Assembly (NCBI RefSeq): GCF_037042905.1
Contig: NC_087263.1
Coordinates: forward strand, 11,100,001 to 11,164,000
Source of the DNA: Lytechinus pictus
Taxonomy: Eukaryota
Reading direction: 5' to 3'
DNA: 64,000 nucleotides
Part shown: positions 12,961 through 25,959 of the stretch, piece by piece
Position numbering within the stretch: position 1 is the stretch's first letter
Layout: each line of letters begins with the position of its first letter
Notes under the pieces: model-generated
The model's database searches: none
What the model was told of the DNA's origin: nothing
What the model saw: the letters and a program-made list of their open reading frames with translations, nothing else
Made by a program: the position numbers and the translations under genes

Positions 12961-14629
12961 GGTGAAACCGGGGACATAATGATAGTGTGTCACTAGATAT
13001 GCTTGTTACGAACGTCTGCGTTCGCGGAACGGGGATGGGGCGGTGGGGGCCGCACCCTTTAAAAAAAAAACCATATGAGGTTTTCTCGAAAGGGTGGGTT
13101 AAGGGAGAAGAGTCAAATTAACACACGCTTTCGGAGCAACTGGGGAGCTTTTCTTCACGAAAGGCTGTGATTAGTAGTTTTCTTAACCAGTCGTTTCATG
13201 AGAATTACTCGTCAAATAATAACAATGAAATAATTAATAGATTAATCTGAGAAAAGTATTGCAGTTTTTGTTGATTTTGAATGAAATTGCTACCCCCTCA
13301 CCGGTTGTCTCGAAAAGGTGCGTTAATTTGTCTCCCCTCCATAGACCCATCACCCTTTCGAAAAATGTTCCCCAGGTTTTCTCGAAAGGGTGTGGCCATC
13401 CCCGTTCCGCGAACGCAGACGATAGTCACAAGCTCTCTAATAGATGGCGCCATGGAAATTCATATTATTCATTATTATAATTATTGATTATTATTATTCA
13501 ATGTTATTGTTATTATTATCATTATTATTACTTCCATTGTCATCGTCATCATCATCATCATCACCATCATCATCACCATCCTCATCATCATCATCACCAT
13601 CATCATCATCATTGTCATTATTATAAGTACTATTTTTATCATCATTATCACAATCATTAATTGTACAATGAAAAACAAATGGCAAGGGGAAGCAGGAAAT
13701 AGCACGAAAAGGGAAAATAAAGGTGTTTTAGGAAAATGGTCTCTTTACCATATTTCTTCACTGAAAAAAAAACTGAAATTGCACTCGATCAAAATACAGT
13801 ATTGAGCGTTGCACATGGGTTCTACTATATCTACGGCTAGATTAAAATAAGGAAATAATGTTTTGCGTCATTTTATTGATCAAAGTAGAACTAACAGAAC
13901 ATTATAAAATGCAAGACAAATAAACTATATAGGCCTAAGTTTCGGATTAGGAATTGGAATCAGTTATTATAAATAACATAAACTTGCAGAATACGAGAAT
14001 ATATTGTGTGCATAAAATTGCAGACGAAGGAGGAGAAGACGAAGAAGGAATCATTAATCCATGAAAAGAACAAAACTGAAATCAATGAAGCGAAACCCGG
14101 GAGTTCTAGATTCAAATGGGTCAGAAAGAAATACAGTTTCGTGTCATTGTATCAATCATAGTATGAGGGCACATTATAAAGTACAAGACAAATAATTCTG
14201 GCCTCAATTCGATAACAAATATACATCAAAATATAACATTTATTACATTTATAAAAACAACACGAAATAGCAGAATAGATGCTAAAATGAGAATTTATAA
14301 TTTGTAAAACTGTTTAAGACTAAAGAACAAAAAAAAAAAGAAGATGAGTAAGAAGAAGAGAGAGAGAATAAGAAGAATGACTGAAGGAATGAATGAATGA
14401 ATGAATCATACATCCGTGAACAGAACACAAACTGAAACCCGTGAGCGAGAAGATATAGTCCATCTATGAAAGTAATATGAGCCCTTCCCACTCACATGAC
14501 TCGCATACGCCTTCAAATTATACTGGCAGCGAAATTCCCTTCGTGGTTGTCAATACCCTTTTGAACCATTTTCTCATTATTTTACAGATTTCAACAGCCC
14601 CTCTCAATACGTGGGAGGGGCGGGAGTGC

Positions 14630-15234
14630 TTAAAGGTCAAGTTCACCCAAGAAAATTGTTGATTTGAATCGATAGAGAAAAATCAAACAAACATAACGCT
14701 GCAAATTTCATCGAAATCGGATGTAAAATAAGAAAGTTATGACATTTTTAATTTTCGCCTATTTTTCACAAAACAGTTAAATGCACAACTCAGCGATATG
14801 CTAATGAGAGAGTCGATGATGTCCATCACTCACTATTTCTTTGTTTTTCATTGTTTGAATAATACAATTTTTCCATTTTTACAGATTTTACAATAAGCAC
14901 CAACTTTACCATAAACTGTTAAAATAATGGTAATTCCACATGTTCAGGAAGAAATAAAACTTATTTCACTCGAAAAGGAGGAGAAAATTAGAATATTTCA
15001 TATTTCATATAATAAAATACAAAAGAAAAAGTAAGTGGGTGACGTCATCAGTCTGCCAATTTGCATTCCGAACAGGATGTGCATATAACTATTTTGTGAA
15101 ATTAAGCGAAACTTTAAAATGTCATAATTTTCTTATTTTACATCCGATTTTGATGAAATTTTCAGTGTTTTGCTTGTTGGATTTTTCTCCTCTTTTTCAA
15201 CTAAACTTTTTGTTGAGGTGGACTTGTCCTTTAA
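14630..15234. mobile_element. TTAA-flanked (Kolobok-like) MITE
   Basis: ttaa-aggtcaagttcacc ... ggtggacttgtcct-ttaa; related pieces at ~12350-12960, 31330-31630, 46068-46300, 52700-53255, 54044-54495. Confidence 0.75.
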
Positions 15235-16407
15235 GGCTCTACGCGCCCCAACAGCACCGCCCCTTGACTCCTTAATCATTTGAGTAGTGAATGAATACAA
15301 CTGTGACCGAAGTCATACCGACAGCTTATACCTATCCGAGAGTGCTATCTACCGATACACAGACAGACAGCACGACCATGATGTTACCAGACGTTTTGTC
15401 AGTCCAAATACATTACTTTCACCACATGGATTCATAATAAGCTGTTATCCTTTTACCAAGCGATTGTACACTCTCTTTGTTCATCTTGTTACACCATTCT
15501 ATTTATAGTAATTATGGTATCAAGGAAATAACTCATTTCATCAAATCGTGTGTTATTTGGTAGATCTGGTAAGCGTAGGAACGGATTCGGTAAGTCTATA
15601 TATATTTTTTATACTTGGCTGAATGTACATGGACACAATATGTAAACATGCATGTGAAACATTGTAATTTTTATTATTATCATTATCATTGTTATTATTA
15701 TTCAACTACAAGCGGCAGCACTATGATTACTGTAATTGTTGATGTGGTCTCTTTCCCTCTCTTCTCCCCTTCTTTCTTCATTTTTTCAACATGTTTTATT
15801 AAGGATTTCATTCAAATGAATTACATAAACTCCAGATAAATACAAAAAAAATACAAATCTTCATTTTATATCAACAAGGATATGCAAAAAAAAACATATA
15901 TATTTACCAAAAACTGAAGCAAGTAAGGACGGAATGAAATTCCTTAAAATTATACTTTTATATCTAAAAAAAACCAAAAACTTACTTAACTGAGCCCCCA
16001 ACCCTCTATGTATTTTAATAATAATCAATATTGAATGACTAAATGATTTTTCAGGAGAACAGAAATCAACCTACATGTATTGTCATTGCATCCCATTTTA
16101 CATCAAGCTTCAACATAACTTTACATAATTATACACACATACACACCCTCCCTAACACCAATGCACATACCATGCATACGTAAACAAACATAATATACAC
16201 AAATCTGCATATGAACGTTTAACATTTTGGCGAAATAGGATACAGAAAGAAAAGAACCTGCAAATCATATTGATACAAGAGAAGGGGAAATTGAAAGGAA
16301 CTAGTAAAAATAAAAAAAATAAAATCATCAACATTTACACCAGGATTCACACTCGCACTCATGTATGTACACCCACACCCTCCCTCACACACACACACAC
16401 ACCCACG

Positions 16408-16489
<82 letters not shown>

Positions 16490-17234
16490 GGGGTGTTGGG
16501 AGGGGGGGTGTGAGGGTGTGTGTACAGTTATACACTATAAAAATATTTGGTAAAGTTTTATCCAGGATGTGATGTGTCCAACCAATTCGACAGTATTTTA
16601 CCCAATGCGGGAAGCATACTGTCCAGTAAGGTTAAAAAATAAGCAGCAATTACTTCAGAATGGGCAAAATTTTCATCACTCTGGATAAATCAAAATGCTT
16701 AGACACATGATTACCCTCATGGAGCATTTTTACCAAATATGTTAGAGTGTATAATTTGCATACTTTGGTTTCTCACTTTCTCTTTTCGTTTCATATATTT
16801 AACAAAATTGATTTCCCTTTTCCATTTGTGTAATGCATCAGCCCCCAATTATGAAGGTAATGAATGATGCAAAATAATGTCTGTCGTGGACCGGTGATTT
16901 TTTTATTATAAATATCTACAGAACTCATTTTATTGAACTGAACAGAAGATTCTGAATAGTAATTTGTAATAAAAACATCCAGACGAATTTTTGGTGACGC
17001 GATGGTCCTACTCCGGCGTGAATACATCATGTGGCACAGAGGCCTGAGTTAGAGTTAGGATTATGATAGTAGAGTTTTCGGTACAGAATAATGTAAAGAT
17101 AAGGATAAGGGTTTATTCAGTTTTGGAGGTTTTTATCGTTTGCTTGAAGTTCAAATTTTCCATGAGAGCAATTGTCGCCGGAGCAAATTTCATGGAACCG
17201 AATGTTTAGCTGTTTAAAATTTTAGAACGAACCT

Positions 17235-18571
17235 CCCAGAAGGAAAAACCAGTTTCACTGGACCAGTTAGACCAGTAGAATTTTAGCTGGTAACTCTGGA
17301 AATTTGAACATCGGTTTACTGGTCTAACTGGTCATACTGGTCCAGTTAAAATTTTACTGGTCCAGTTAAAAATTAAACTGGTCTTAAATTACTGGAATTT
17401 TATACTGGTCTTGTTTCTGGTGGTTGTTACTGGTCTCACTGGTCTGCATACTGGTATCCAATTCAAGCTGGTCTTTACTGGTATTTTCTACTGGTTTGAC
17501 TGGTCCTCGAACTGGTCGAACTGGTCCTCGAATTGGTCTTACTGGATCAATTTATTACGTGCATTTGGTTTGTTATATACCATGGTCAGTGAAATGTGAT
17601 GGAAAAGATGGTTAGTAAATTAATCTTTCTGCTGTTATTTTAAATGTGATATATGAAATTACACATTTTAATTGTGAATTAGTTCACACACTTATTTGGA
17701 AAGTTTTTAAACAACAATGAGTGCCATTGCAAGGATATTCCATTCTAAATCCTGATTTTTCTTTTTAAAATAGGAAATATGCAAATGAGGTAAACCACGT
17801 GATCAGCATCATCAAAATTACTGGTATTACTGGTCTTGACCAGTTCAATTTCAATCAATTATTTTAGAGTTAGACCAGTTGACTATATCAGAGGAATATA
17901 TCTTGCTTTGATCTTAATCATAATTAAAGGATATAATTATTTTAATGATAATGTTAATACTTGATAATTATGATAATATTAATAATAATAATTACAATAT
18001 CGATAACAATGATAACAGTAATAAGAATGATAACAACAATGATAATAATAATGATAATAATAATTATGATAATTATAAGAAGAATGATGATAACAATGAT
18101 AACGATAATAACTTTCTCTGAATTAAAAAGATTCATTTTCCATAATTCGTCAAATGATCTGACTTGAAATAAAGTCATTATTTATTGGACCAGTAACACC
18201 AGTGTGATGAAAAACAATTTAACTGGTATTACTTCTTTGCTTCAACTGGAATGCAAATGTTGGAACTGGTCTCCAGTTGATTTTTACTGGTCCAGTTAAA
18301 AATCAACTGGCCCAGTAAAAGTATACTGGAAACCAGTAAAAATCTACTGGAAACCATTTATTGGACCAGAAACACCAGTTTGATGAAAAACAATTTAACT
18401 GGTATTACTAATTGCTTTAACTGGAATGCAAATGTTGGAACTGGTCTCCAGTTGATTTTTACTGGTCCATATAAAAATCAACTGGCCCAGTAAAAATATA
18501 CTGGAAACCAGTTAAATTCTACTGGAAACCAGTAAAAATTCTCACTGGTCTTACTGGTTTTTCCTTCTGGG
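17235..18571. mobile_element. Foldback-like TIR element with dense ACTGG/CCAGT subterminal repeats
   Basis: TIR cccagaaggaaaaaccagt / actggtttttccttctggg; internal ~175-bp duplication and (ATA)n. Confidence 0.8.
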
Positions 18572-20885
18572 CTTGCCCAAAATCGTGATGGCGATAGACA
18601 GCGTACAAATGACAATAATGATAATAATGATGATGATGATGATGATGGTGATGATGATAATGATGAAGAAGACGATGAGGATGATGGTGGCAATAAGGAT
18701 AACGATAGTAATGATAACAACCGTGGCGTAATGACCCCCCCCCAAAAAAAAAAAGGGGGGGGGGAACTGAGGGGGCAAGATATAACTTATCAAACAAAAT
18801 ATTCGACATTTTTATTACAAAAAATTAAATTTTGACATAATACTAACAATATTATCATATCTTACCCTTATCTCCTTCCATTTCTTTTTCTTTTCTCTAT
18901 TTTTTCTTGTGATTTTTTTTCACTTATTTATTTATTATTATTATTATTATTATCGATTATATTTATTCTTTAGGGGGAGCAAGAGCCCCCCAATCACCCC
19001 CTCCCCACCTGTACGACATAACAACTTTAATAATAATAATTATGTTACTACTACTGGTAATAACTACAATAATATAGTTACTGAAAAAAAAAGAATTACA
19101 AATACAATGTTCGTAACATTTGTAATTTTGGTAAGGACATTTCTACAGATGCTTACATACGATACTAGATTTTTTCCAACTCATTAATAACCATATTGAA
19201 AATATTGAGTTCCAGCTTGTATCAGTCAGTGAGTATTTTAGAACGCATGGGTATGTCCATAAATTATTTTCATCCAATGCATGGGAATTGAAATAATCAT
19301 GGAGCTACTTGAAATAATGATATGAATAATTCCATTTTCGATTGCAGCAGTCTAATCACATTATGTTATTTTTCCTGGTATAGCCAAGGTTGTGGTAAGA
19401 TTAGCTATAGCTGTGGTCTTAAAGGCAAAGTCTACGCAAATGTGATTTCCACTGACAAGACATGTATGCTTGAAAACAGCATAATCACATGCAACAGGAT
19501 TTGATAATAAATGATGATGATTGATGATAATAAAAATAATAGTAATAGGAATAATAATGATGATGATAACTATAAAAATTATTACGATGATGATAATTAT
19601 AACGATAACAATAATAGTTATGCCACCAGTGATACTACCACTACGAAATACGACAACTAAAATAGGAAACCATCACCATCATCATCATCATCATCATCAC
19701 CACCACCACCATCATCATCCTCATAATAAAATGATAATAATAATGATGATGATAATGATAATAATACTAATAACAATAATAATGATAATAATATTAATAG
19801 TAGTGATAATAATGATAATAGAAATGATAATAATGATAATAGAAAAGACAACCATACTTAATATCTAAAGTCCCCTTTTGATATGGAGGTTCATGAATTT
19901 ACAATATTTTTGCTTTTACAGATGGTTTTATAATAGTTTGACTACAGTTATTCCATTAGACTGAATAATACATGTGATATGAAATGCCAAATGTTACCTT
20001 CCTTGCCGAATGCTATAAAGATGACGTCCAGGCATATCAAATAATTCATTGACACTTTTTCATAATTCCATTCGATTTAATTTTTATGATTTAACTGCAC
20101 GATATATATTTTATATATTTTTTTAATGAAGGACTGAATCTCTGTAGGTTCCAAATTTGTGTATAAATGGCACTCAATAAACCTGCAGTCTTACATAATG
20201 GTTGCTTACACTCTAAAAAAAGATTGAGTAAAATTTACCCAATTCTAGGTGAAAACACAATATGTATGTTGTTGGGTTAGATTTTGTCGCAGGTCAGTCA
20301 GGAAAAATCAAGGTTTTATATGAGTAGCTTTCAGGGCAACGTCGGACATGATGTTGGATAAGGTTAACACAGTATTTGCTATCATTCTATCAAACAAACC
20401 TGCATGCTCCCGTCTTACCCAACATTGCACTGTTAAAAATAATTCAAACAGCGCTGTTTACTATGTGAATCGCACATTAGTTGTTTAAACAGTTTAAACA
20501 AGTGTTTAAAATCTTAAACAACCATGCTTAGAGTATTGATAATCAAATATTTGAATTCAAACTTTGTTGTTTAAGATTTTAAACAACAAGAGTGTGGGTT
20601 TACTGTTTCAGGGTAAGAGAACAGCCTCATGCCACAGTCCCATTGGTTGAAACTGATTCCACACCGACCAACTTTATTACGTTATATTCAAAGACATTTT
20701 GGAGTCGGTCTCGTTGATGTGACCGTTACATGAATGAAGATAATGGGGAATCTTGCCTTTTTTATTGCTTTTTTTCCTCTCTCCTTTCCTTCTTACTGTC
20801 TTTTGTTTATCGGGGATGGGGGGTTAAGCTTGCCTGAGTGTGTGTTTTTGTGTTTTATTTTAATCATAACTTACTCAAATTATTA

Positions 20886-21153
20886 TGTGGGGGCGTCGTG
20901 GTCTAGTGGTTAAGACTCTCGTCTTTCAATCTGAAGGACGTGGGTTCGATTCCAAGCCATCGCGTGTTTTCCTTCAGCAAGCACATTTTGCTGCATTCAT
21001 CCCAGGTGAGGTAAATGGGTACCGGCAGGAAGTAATTCCTCAAAAAGCTGTGCGCACCGGAATCAGTAGACCAGCTTAGCCGGAGTAATATAGGAGTGCC
21101 TTGAGCACCTAGCAAGGTGGATACATGCGCTATACAAATCCTATATTATTATT
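20886..21153 (+). mobile_element. tRNA-derived SINE
   Basis: A box tggtctagtgg, B box ggttcgattcc, core cccaggtgaggtaaatgggtacc, (ATT)n tail. Confidence 0.88.
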
Positions 21154-21605
21154 AGCATTCTTGTTATTATCATTAATATGATTTGATGGTATTGTAAAGA
21201 AAAAAATCATCTTCAACTTGAGATATATTTTAGATTATAAGTATGTTTGTGTTTATAATTATATTTAGAGAGATTTCTAGAACATGAATTCGTGTTATTC
21301 ATTATTTTCACATGTTACATATAATGAGGAAAAAATAAAAATATGATTAAAAAAATCATGAAGACACAAAATCTTGCTTCTTGCCTTTCTGATGCAGGAA
21401 ATGTGTTTTGAATTTCAGTGAATTCCCCCCCCCCCAAAAAAAAAAAGAAGAAGAAGAAGAAGAAGATATTTTACAGTTTCATAGAAAAAGCAATTATGGA
21501 AATTCCTCGGATTTACTGCGTACCACTCGACATTGATGAAATGTTCATTCTTATTATCAATTGCATTTTCATGAGAATATACTCGATCGGTTCAGCTATT
21601 TGATT

Positions 21606-21915
21606 GTGGAGCGTTGTGGTCCAGTGGATTAGTCTTCTGACTTTGAAACAGAGGGTCGTGGGTTCGAATCCCAGCCATGGCGTAATTTTCTTCAGCAAAA
21701 AATCCATCCACATTGTGCTGCACTCAACCCAGGTGAGGTGAATGGGTATACCTGGCAGGAATTTATTCCTTGAAATGCGTGTGCGCTGTAATCTCAGTAA
21801 TTACGGCTGCCAAGCTGCAACTGGGGTAATAATATCCAAGTCCTTTGGAAGCGCATAAAGACATTATTCATAATGTGATATGCGCTTTACAAGAACTGTA
21901 TATTATTATTATTAT
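21606..21915 (+). mobile_element. tRNA-derived SINE
   Basis: A box tggtccagtgg, B box ggttcgaatcc, core cactcaacccaggtgaggtgaatgggta, (ATT)n tail. Confidence 0.88.
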
Positions 21916-22701
21916 TTTTTGATGGTCTGCGCCTAAAGTTTAAAAATAGGCGTGACCAGTTGTGGTAACGTACGATCTCAAAATAACTGCAAACCGAATC
22001 CAATTAAATTACCACCAAAGTGTTTGTATGTATATATAAGAGTATGTGCCAAATAGCTCTGTAAGAAAATGCAATGCGTAACTGCTGAGAAATGAGCAAA
22101 ATGAGCACGGAATTCCATCAAATGTCGGGTATTTCTCGAAGCAGTATTGATACATTGTCCCACATTTGCTTTTCTGCGTTAGTGATAAATAGTATCGATT
22201 TTGAGCTAAACTTTCATGATTCAACAAAAAAAAGTTTACATTGATGTACCAGATCTTGATGTGTGATAGTATTTTAACAAAAAGACTTTCTCATGAAATA
22301 ATTGTTTGCTGTCTTTTACCTTTAAATTTGTTTTATTTCCGTTTCATCCTATCCCTATTTTCCGGAAGACATAGTAAAGAATGTGGTACCGGATAGAAAA
22401 CTGATCTCATTTGTGCAAAATGATTATTACCTGATCGCCTATTGTACAAATTGAAAGAGAAAAAAAATCCCCATTTCAGATAAAGAACTTTGAATTTCTG
22501 CTAATTTTTTAAGTCTAAATTGACTTCCAAAATACACAGAAATACCAGCCCCCCCAAAAAACAATGTCAGATAAAGATTAACGTAATATAAATTCGGATG
22601 ATAGTGCACGCGTTCGATTAGTATCAACAAGAAAAGTATTGAAAGGTCATGATTTATTCCTAACGAAATTTACACTTGTAAGTTCAAAGATTTTCGACGA
22701 G

Positions 22702-22949
22702 CAGTGGTAGATCAGGGAGGGAGGCATTTTCGGCCCGTGCCCCCCTCTCTTGAGAGTCATAGCCAATAGTTTCTAATGTAAATATGTCGTTCATAGACAA
22801 GTCCCCCCCCCCCCCTTTGAATCACAGCAAATATTTCTTACGGGAATATGTTGTTCATACACAAATGAGCCCCCCTTTTTTTTGGGCTTGTCAAATTTTC
22901 CTTCGGAAAATGTGCCCCCTCCCTTTGGAAAATCTTGGATCCGCTCCTG
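22702..22949. mobile_element. hAT-type MITE
   Basis: cagtggtagatc / gatccgctcctg ends; partial TSD gacgag. Confidence 0.6.
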
Positions 22950-23079
22950 AGGACGAGAATATACATTCATTTGATGAAGACCATGGCATGCATGTTTTCA
23001 AGGGTGAGCGAACTGACCAACACATTGTGTGGTCTCTCTTTGTCATGAATATGCATTTTGGGATAAACATCCATAATCC

Positions 23080-23450
23080 AGAGAATTAATTAGCCTATAA
23101 TTTCATTCATACAGAGAAACTAATTTTTTTTTTAGAAGAAATCTCTTGTTGTGCTACTTGGTAACATAATTATTGTGATATGAATGTATTAAGTAGTGAA
23201 CTAGTGTTTTATCAATCAAGTGGGTCTATATTACAAGACTACACTCCTCATAATGTTGCATTATGGGTAACTGATATAAGAAGCTCTCCATTCTTGACTC
23301 TCTTCAAATCAAAATTAAAAACATCTCTTTAATTAAGAAAATATGCTGTGTAGACGTAAGTAAAAAGAGCTCTGAACAAGCGCAGCTGAATAAATCCATA
23401 TAAAAGCTGCGCTATACAAATTAATGTTTATTATTATTATTATTATTAAT
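23080..23450 (+). mobile_element. LINE 3' tail fragment with (ATT)n end
   Basis: Degenerate RT C-terminal/3'UTR pattern (ttcaaatcaaaattaaaaacatctct ... gcgctatacaaat...attattatt). Confidence 0.5.
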
Positions 23451-23569
23451 ATTAGTTGAGGAATTGAGGTGGCGCTATTCAGGCTGCTGGTTCGTTTCTC
23501 ATTTAAACGTAAATAATGATTTTGCTTCAGAAGAGTGTGAAAGATTAAACCTCGCATTAATAGAAATAC

Positions 23570-24380
23570 AGGAAGATTCAATTCAATTCAATTATTTAAT
23601 TCCAATAAAACATACACATATCATACAATTGCGTGAAAACTTGAGCAGTGAAAGATTTGAAATATAATATTAAAATATGATATACAATATAAAAAGAACA
23701 CATCAGTATTTGAATAGGGCGGTCATAAAAAACCAAAAGGAATTTTCTGGATAACCACCCTTGATAATACTATATAGAATTAGGTTAAATCCATTTATAA
23801 ATTATATTTAAGTAAAGAAAATTTATGAATAGGTAATGGACATAATTGTACAATGAAAACAAAGCAGAACACAACAAGATACAAAGTCCGCACAAACCCA
23901 AAACAAAACAGGCAGTGCAGTAAAGACAGAATTTAAGTACTATTGATTAAATACAATTTCAATTTTCTTTTAAAAGCATACATTCAGTTGAGAGACTTTA
24001 TTGCAATGGGGAGATTATTTCACACAACTGGTGCATGATGTCTAAATGAAAATGATACATACTTTTTATCAACAGTCCATTAATGATATATATTTTTATT
24101 TCTTGTGTTATAATCATGCACAGATGAATTTACAATAAGCATCGAAGATAATGATTTATGAAGTAAATTGTGTTTATGTTTAAAAAGTAATATTGCACAG
24201 TGATATGAATTCAGTTGAAATACAGTAAGAATACTGAATTTGATAAATAATTATTTTGAATGGGCTAATCTAGATGAGAATGAACATATGCGAATAATCT
24301 TTTTTTGTAACATATACATTGGGTTCAACTTCGTAGGATATGTGTTAGCCCATACTACATTGCAATAAGATGCTCTAAGG
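23570..24380 (-). mobile_element. CR1/L2-like LINE 3' fragment
   Basis: SYCNVVWANTYPTKL..LQKKIIRI..S; homologous to 62345-62827. Confidence 0.75.
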
Positions 24381-24589
24381 AATAACCAAAACCTAGTACC
24401 GTTTGTTAGAATGATTGATTCCTTTTCATCATGTTTGTGTTTTTCGTGGCGCATATATCACCAAACCACTTTAGTTAAGTAGGCGTGCTTGAATAAATCA
24501 CAATAATCATACCCGGCGTACGAACTCCAGAATCCAATCCACACTATACATTACGCTGTTCAACAATGTATCCCTTTTATTTTGTAAAC

Positions 24590-25015
24590 ACGGTAAATTG
24601 CCAATTCGTCTATACCCAACTCGTCCACACATCACATTGTCTACCTTCATTTAGTCTCATGCCATTCCGTCCATCAGCATTTCGTCTAACAACCATTTGG
24701 TACAATAACCATTTGGTACAATCATCACTTCGTCTAATCACCAGTTCGTCTATGACCATTTCGTCTCATAACCAGCTGGTGTAATATCTGCTTTATTTTC
24801 ATTTCATTTTGCACAATTAACACTTACAGTAGTTCGACCAAATGGTATATGGACGAAATGGCTTTTGGACCAATTGGTTATTATAAGACGAAATGATGAG
24901 TGGACGACATAGCAGTTTGACCATGTGGATATTGGACGAACTGATGGTAGACCAAATGATAGTAGACGCGTTGGTTATTGGACGGATTTTCATTAGACCA
25001 AATGAAAATAGACCG
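24590..25015. repeat. Interspersed repeat rich in tcgtcta/tagacg/ggacgaa motifs; related copy at ~7210-7545
   Basis: Shared segments in inverted orientation (tcgtccac..aca...tctaccttcatttagtct); internal foldback. Confidence 0.7.
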
Positions 25016-25959
25016 TAAACACAACCTTGCGTTTCATATGTGGTGTTTCAAGAAACGTGCAATTGACTGCATAAATTTTTGGTCCTAAAATTTATCAGAA
25101 TTTGTTTTAATATTTGCAGATTTGCAATTAATTGTAAGTTTGTTTCTTGCGTCAATAAAATATATTTATTTGCTTCGTTTAAAATCAATCTATCACCTGC
25201 TAATTCACTACTGAAATTGGAAATTCATTGCAAATATGTTCTTGCATTGTCATTCATTATAATCTACATGTACATTACTTTTTGGACTTTTGAACTAATT
25301 AAATTGAAAGAAAAGTTCCATAGTGTTACAATTTGCTCATTATGTAGGCTACACCTCTTTTCACTTCACCATGTTCACTGGTGCTCGATTTTTCTTTCAT
25401 TTTATCTTTCAGTTTATGTAATTGACTTTTTTTTTCATTTTCGCGTTCTAATTTAGTATTTGTGCAGCTCATCGTCATTGGGTCAAACCATGGACCTACA
25501 ATGGTCAAACCAACTTGTCAAACACCCATCTCGGCAAAAAAAACTAGATCCGCCACTGCCTACAGTATGTATGTAGTATTTTCTTACCTGAGGGTCAATT
25601 GATCTTTCCCGGATGATCCTTCTTTCGTTCTATAGTGATATGTCTTATGTTGTGATATCAGACATTATAGCGCAGTACCTAAATGCGATTCTCGATTTTG
25701 CTAAGTACTCGGTATCATACCATACCCCGGCTGTCATTGGCTGTAGCAGAGCCGTAATCTAGATCTGGACGTGAGTACTTTTTTGTTCGAAAAACCCTAC
25801 ACTCATTCATGGCATGGCATGTAAGTAACCTCCTGCCGATACGACAGATGGCGAGACAGATGAGCAGGAAGAAAAGTCATTTACCGAGGTGGGTCCTAAT
25901 ATGAGAGTGAAGACCCATTTGCGATGCACACAAACGACTACAGCTGCTGCAACGGAAGG

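Noticed and set aside
20890..20965. tRNA-like heads at 20890, 21610 and 6545-6615 as tRNA genes
   Set aside because: Acceptor stems do not pair and they run into SINE bodies
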